Shown piece by piece: positions 29,537 to 32,000 of a stretch of DNA of 32,000 bases; the stretch's first letter is position 1, and the number at the start of each line of letters is the position of its first letter. The DNA comes from Streptosporangiaceae bacterium (lineage in GTDB: Bacteria; Actinomycetota; Actinomycetes; Streptosporangiales; Streptosporangiaceae). The position numbers were made by a program, and so were the translations under genes. Under the pieces are notes generated by a model. The model was not told the DNA's origin. It did not search any database and worked only from the letters and a program-made list of their open reading frames with translations. The DNA lies in the NCBI GenBank assembly GCA_035308365.1, contig DATGGU010000179.1, positions 3,139 to 35,138 on the forward strand, given 5' to 3'.

Positions 29537-30217
29537 TCAGTCGGCCGCTCCGGGCTGGGCGGCCTGGTTCGCCGGGCCGGCCTGGCTGGCGCGGTTGGCC
29601 TGGCTGGCGTGGCTGGTCTTGTCGTGCGGGCCGGGCGGCTGCGGCGGCCCGGCCGGCTCGCGCGTGCCATCGATCCGCAGCCCGCGGATGGCCAGCAGGA
29701 CGGCCAGCACGCCACCGCAGACGATGGCCGAATCGGCCAGGTTGAACACCGGCCAGTGTGGCAGCTCTATCCAGTCCACCACCGAGCCCCGCATCGGCCC
29801 GGGCGCGCGGAACAGCCGGTCCGACAGGTTGCCGGTGGCGCCGCCGAGCAGCAGCCCGAGCGTGATCGCCCAGGGCAGGCTGCGCAGCTTCCGCGCGGTC
29901 CGCAGGATGAAGACGATCACGCCGGCCGCGATCGCGGTGAACACGATCGTCATCGAGGTCCCGATGCTGAACGCCGCGCCGCTGTTGCGCAGCAGCCGGA
30001 TCGTCAGCAGGCCGCCGAGCAGCCGGATCGGGGCATGGCCGGCCAGGTCGGCCACCACGATGGCCTTCGAGATGAGGTCGGCGGCCAGCACGAACACGGC
30101 AACGCCGGCCAGGACGGTGACGTACAGGCGGCCCGGCCTGGAACGCTCCGGACCGCCGGGCTCGCCGGGCTCGCCGGGCTGCCCCGCGCCTTGCATGTCC
30201 GCGCCGGTGTCAGTCAT
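29537..30217 (-). CDS. lspA: lipoprotein signal peptidase II
   Basis: ...[10 protein letters not shown]...[13 protein letters not shown]...[20 protein letters not shown]. The start is ATG 30217, 7 nt after the upstream stop. The C-terminal tail is encoded by three tandem 18-bp units (29561-29614). Confidence 0.9.
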
Positions 30218-30224
30218 CGGCGGG

Positions 30225-30644
30225 TCAGCGGCGCTCTTCACGCTGCTTGCACGAGACACACAGGGTGGCCCGGGGGAAGGCCTGCAAGCGCGCCTTCCCG
30301 ATGGGCTCGCCGCAGGACTCGCATACCCCGTAGGTCCCCGCCGCGATCCTGGCCAGCGCCCGCTCGTTCTGCGCCAGAAGCTCCTTGGCGTTGTGGGTGA
30401 GGGCAAGGTCATGCTCGCGCTGGAACGTCTTCGCCCCGGCGTCGGCCTGGTCATCGCCGGCGTCCGCGACCGCGTCCCCCATCCGGTCGGCGATGTCGGA
30501 CTCGGCCTTGGCGATCTCCGCGGTCAGCTCGGTCACTTCGGCTTCGAGCTCCATGCGGACCTCGTCGAGTTCGGCCTCGGTCCAGGGCTTCTCACCCGGC
30601 CGGACCGGGAGAGCCGCGGCGCCGGAACGGGTGGCTTCTGCCAT
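30225..30644 (-). CDS. TraR/DksA-family C4 zinc-finger protein
   Basis: 139 aa with a coiled-coil region followed by [27 protein letters not shown] (CxxC-n17-CxxC). ATG 30644 is preceded by GGGAGG at a 6-nt spacing. Confidence 0.88.
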
Positions 30645-30692
30645 CTCGGACCTCCCGTGGCGCGAAATGTCGGCGAATCCCTGCACTGTAAA

Positions 30693-30724
30693 GATCTTGA
30701 AATAGCGATGATCTTGAAACAGCG
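30693..30724. promoter_or_regulatory. tandem 15-mer GATCTTGAAA(T/C)AGCG x2 upstream of the dksA-like gene
   Basis: The copies lie at 30693-30707 and 30710-30724 (14/15 identical, period 17 bp), 49-80 nt upstream of ATG 30644. On the coding strand, a TACAGT -10-like hexamer follows immediately. Confidence 0.4.
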
Positions 30725-30809
30725 CGGTCAACGGAGGATAAGTCCGGACGGCGGCCATTGCAAACTCGCCCCGGACCCCGGCACGGCCGGCGGCCGGGCG
30801 GGCCGCGGC

Positions 30810-31124
30810 TCAGGAGTCGTAGTGGCTGGGCGGGAACGGGTCACGCTCGTGCTCGACACGCAGTTCGTCCTTGTCATACTCGCGCCGGATCTCCGCCCTG
30901 GCCTCCTGATAGACATCGGTCTCGCTGACATCGAAGGGCTGCGGCGGCGTGTCGGTCGCCGGCGGCACCTCATCGGGGTCGAAGTCGTCGACCCCGGCCT
31001 CGACCCGCTCCTCCTCGGCCAGCCGGGCGAGCTGCTCGTCATCGATGTGCTCCGGGCTGCCGCCGTGCTCCCGGCGGTCGCGGCGGAACTCGCTAGCGGG
31101 CTGATCCGGCTCTTGCTCTGTCAT
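30810..31124 (-). CDS. small acidic hypothetical protein
   Basis: 104 aa, MTEQEPDQPASEFRRDRREHGGSPEHIDDEQLARLAEEERVEAGVDDFDPDEV... ATG 31124 is preceded by GGAGG. I did not recognise a family. Confidence 0.6.
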   Translation of the reverse strand: MTEQEPDQPASEFRRDRREHGGSPEHIDDEQLARLAEEERVEAGVDDFDPDEVPPATDTPPQPFDVSETDVYQEARAEIRREYDKDELRVEHERDPFPPSHYDS

Positions 31125-31169
31125 GACGCCTCCAGCGGGTAGGCGGAACGGCCCCCGGGCACACGGTAA

Positions 31170-31413
31170 CCTAAGTGGCAGCGCGGCGTTGATCCGGCTA
31201 TCACCGGGGAGCCTCCGGAAGAACGGGTGCCTGCACCTCAGTAGAACCGGACGGGTGGGCCCGTCACAGCCTGTCGAATGAGCGGTCGTCATATCAGCCA
31301 GATCCCTGGCTGGCGTGGTGGCAAGCGAGGTGGTACCGCGGTGTCGCCCGGGCCGGTGGCCCTGGGATGCCGTCCTCGCCGGAGTTGCGGACCGACCCGG
31401 AGGGAACCACCGA
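31170..31413 (+). promoter_or_regulatory. ileS T-box riboswitch (actinobacterial translational type)
   Basis: - Specifier AUC-A at 31200-31203, within GGCUAUCACCGGGGAGCCUCCGGAAGAACGG.
- CAGUAGAACC...GGGCCCGUCACAGCC.
- T-box core GCGAGG-UGGUACC-GCGG at 31325-31341. The UGGU bulge matches an A73 discriminator.
- A1 3' strand CCUCGC at 31374-31379, which can alternatively pair with the SD sequence GGAGGG (31399-31404).

The sequence closely resembles the mycobacterial ileS T-box as I recall it. Confidence 0.88.
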
Positions 31414-32000
31414 ATGATCTATCCCAAGGCATCTGCGGGCAAGCGCGACGAGGGCGTGCCGCCCACTCCTCGTTTCCCGCAGATCGAGGAATGGGTCCTG
31501 GAGTACTGGGCGGCCGACGACACGTTCCGCGCGTCCGTGGAAAACCGTCCCGCGGGCGAGAACGGCTCCGACGAGTTCGTGTTCTATGACGGTCCCCCGT
31601 TCGCGAACGGCCTGCCGCATTACGGCCACCTGCTGACCGGCTATGTCAAGGACCTGATCCCGCGCTACCAGACCATGCGCGGGAAGCGGGTGGAGCGCCG
31701 GTTCGGCTGGGACACCCACGGTCTGCCGGCCGAGCTCGAGGCGATGCGGCAGCTTGGCATCAAGACCAAGGAGGAAATCGAGCAGGACTTCGGCATCGCC
31801 AGGTTCAACGAGGCGTGCCGGGCGTCGGTCCTGCGGTACACCCAGGCATGGCGCGACTACGTCACCCGGCAGGCCCGGTGGGTGGACTTCGGCAACGACT
31901 ACAAGACCCTCGACCTGAGCTACATGGAGAGCGTCATCTGGGCGTTCAAGCAGCTCTACGACAAGGGCCTGGTCTACGAGGGGTACCGGTGCCTGCCGTA
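31414..32000 (+). CDS. ileS: isoleucine--tRNA ligase (partial; 3' end runs off the right edge)
   Basis: My translation: [46 protein letters not shown]...[53 protein letters not shown]. This carries the HYGH class I signature and is of the type-2 IleRS kind. Confidence 0.93.

Noticed and set aside
1-32000. A window-wide search for CRISPR arrays, tRNA/rRNA genes, transposases, integrases, toxin-antitoxin pairs and defence-system-like gene clusters.
   Set aside because: None was found. Every sizeable gene has a housekeeping or common accessory assignment, and the intergenic spaces are too short to hide such elements.

Overview
This is a high-GC actinobacterial chromosomal core region, with synteny like the Streptomyces/Mycobacterium his-trp-lgt-gltB and ileS-lspA-rluD-dnaE neighbourhoods. 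I found no CRISPR array, tRNA or rRNA gene, IS element or phage gene.

Gene content, left to right:
- gltB (partial), a MarR regulator divergent from a YceI-like gene, and a tandem palindromic intergenic repeat.
- A minus-strand operon: hisI, Trp-operon membrane protein, an OmpR-type response regulator, trpC, trpB, trpA, lgt, and a small DUF4243-like ORF. trpE is absent from its usual slot.
- A TIGR03085 protein, an archaeal-type AspRS and ppgK, which together sit between hisI and hisF.
- hisD-hisC-hisB-hisH-hisA(priA-type)-hisF, then a DUF885 protein, a membrane protein and an ABC-2 exporter pair.
- dnaE, rluD, lspA, a DksA/TraR zinc-finger protein, a small acidic protein, and an ileS T-box leader followed by the start of ileS.

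Many adjacent genes are joined by 4-nt GTGA or ATGA start/stop overlaps. The long ORFs antisense to real genes are GC-content artefacts.

Most interesting observations:
1. The leader of the type-2 aspS folds into a complete T-box decision module: a 7-bp A1 helix, a 7-nt UGGCACA bulge, an A2 hairpin, and a mutually exclusive hairpin that occludes the Shine-Dalgarno (SD) sequence. It shares several blocks with the bona fide ileS T-box in this same window. It has a GAC candidate specifier and a UGGC bulge that matches tRNA-Asp G73. To my knowledge, actinobacterial T-boxes have been described essentially only for ileS.
2. An orphan OmpR-family response regulator with a degenerate phospho-acceptor pocket is translationally coupled on both sides inside the trp operon.

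Smaller items are several candidate operator and repeat motifs.
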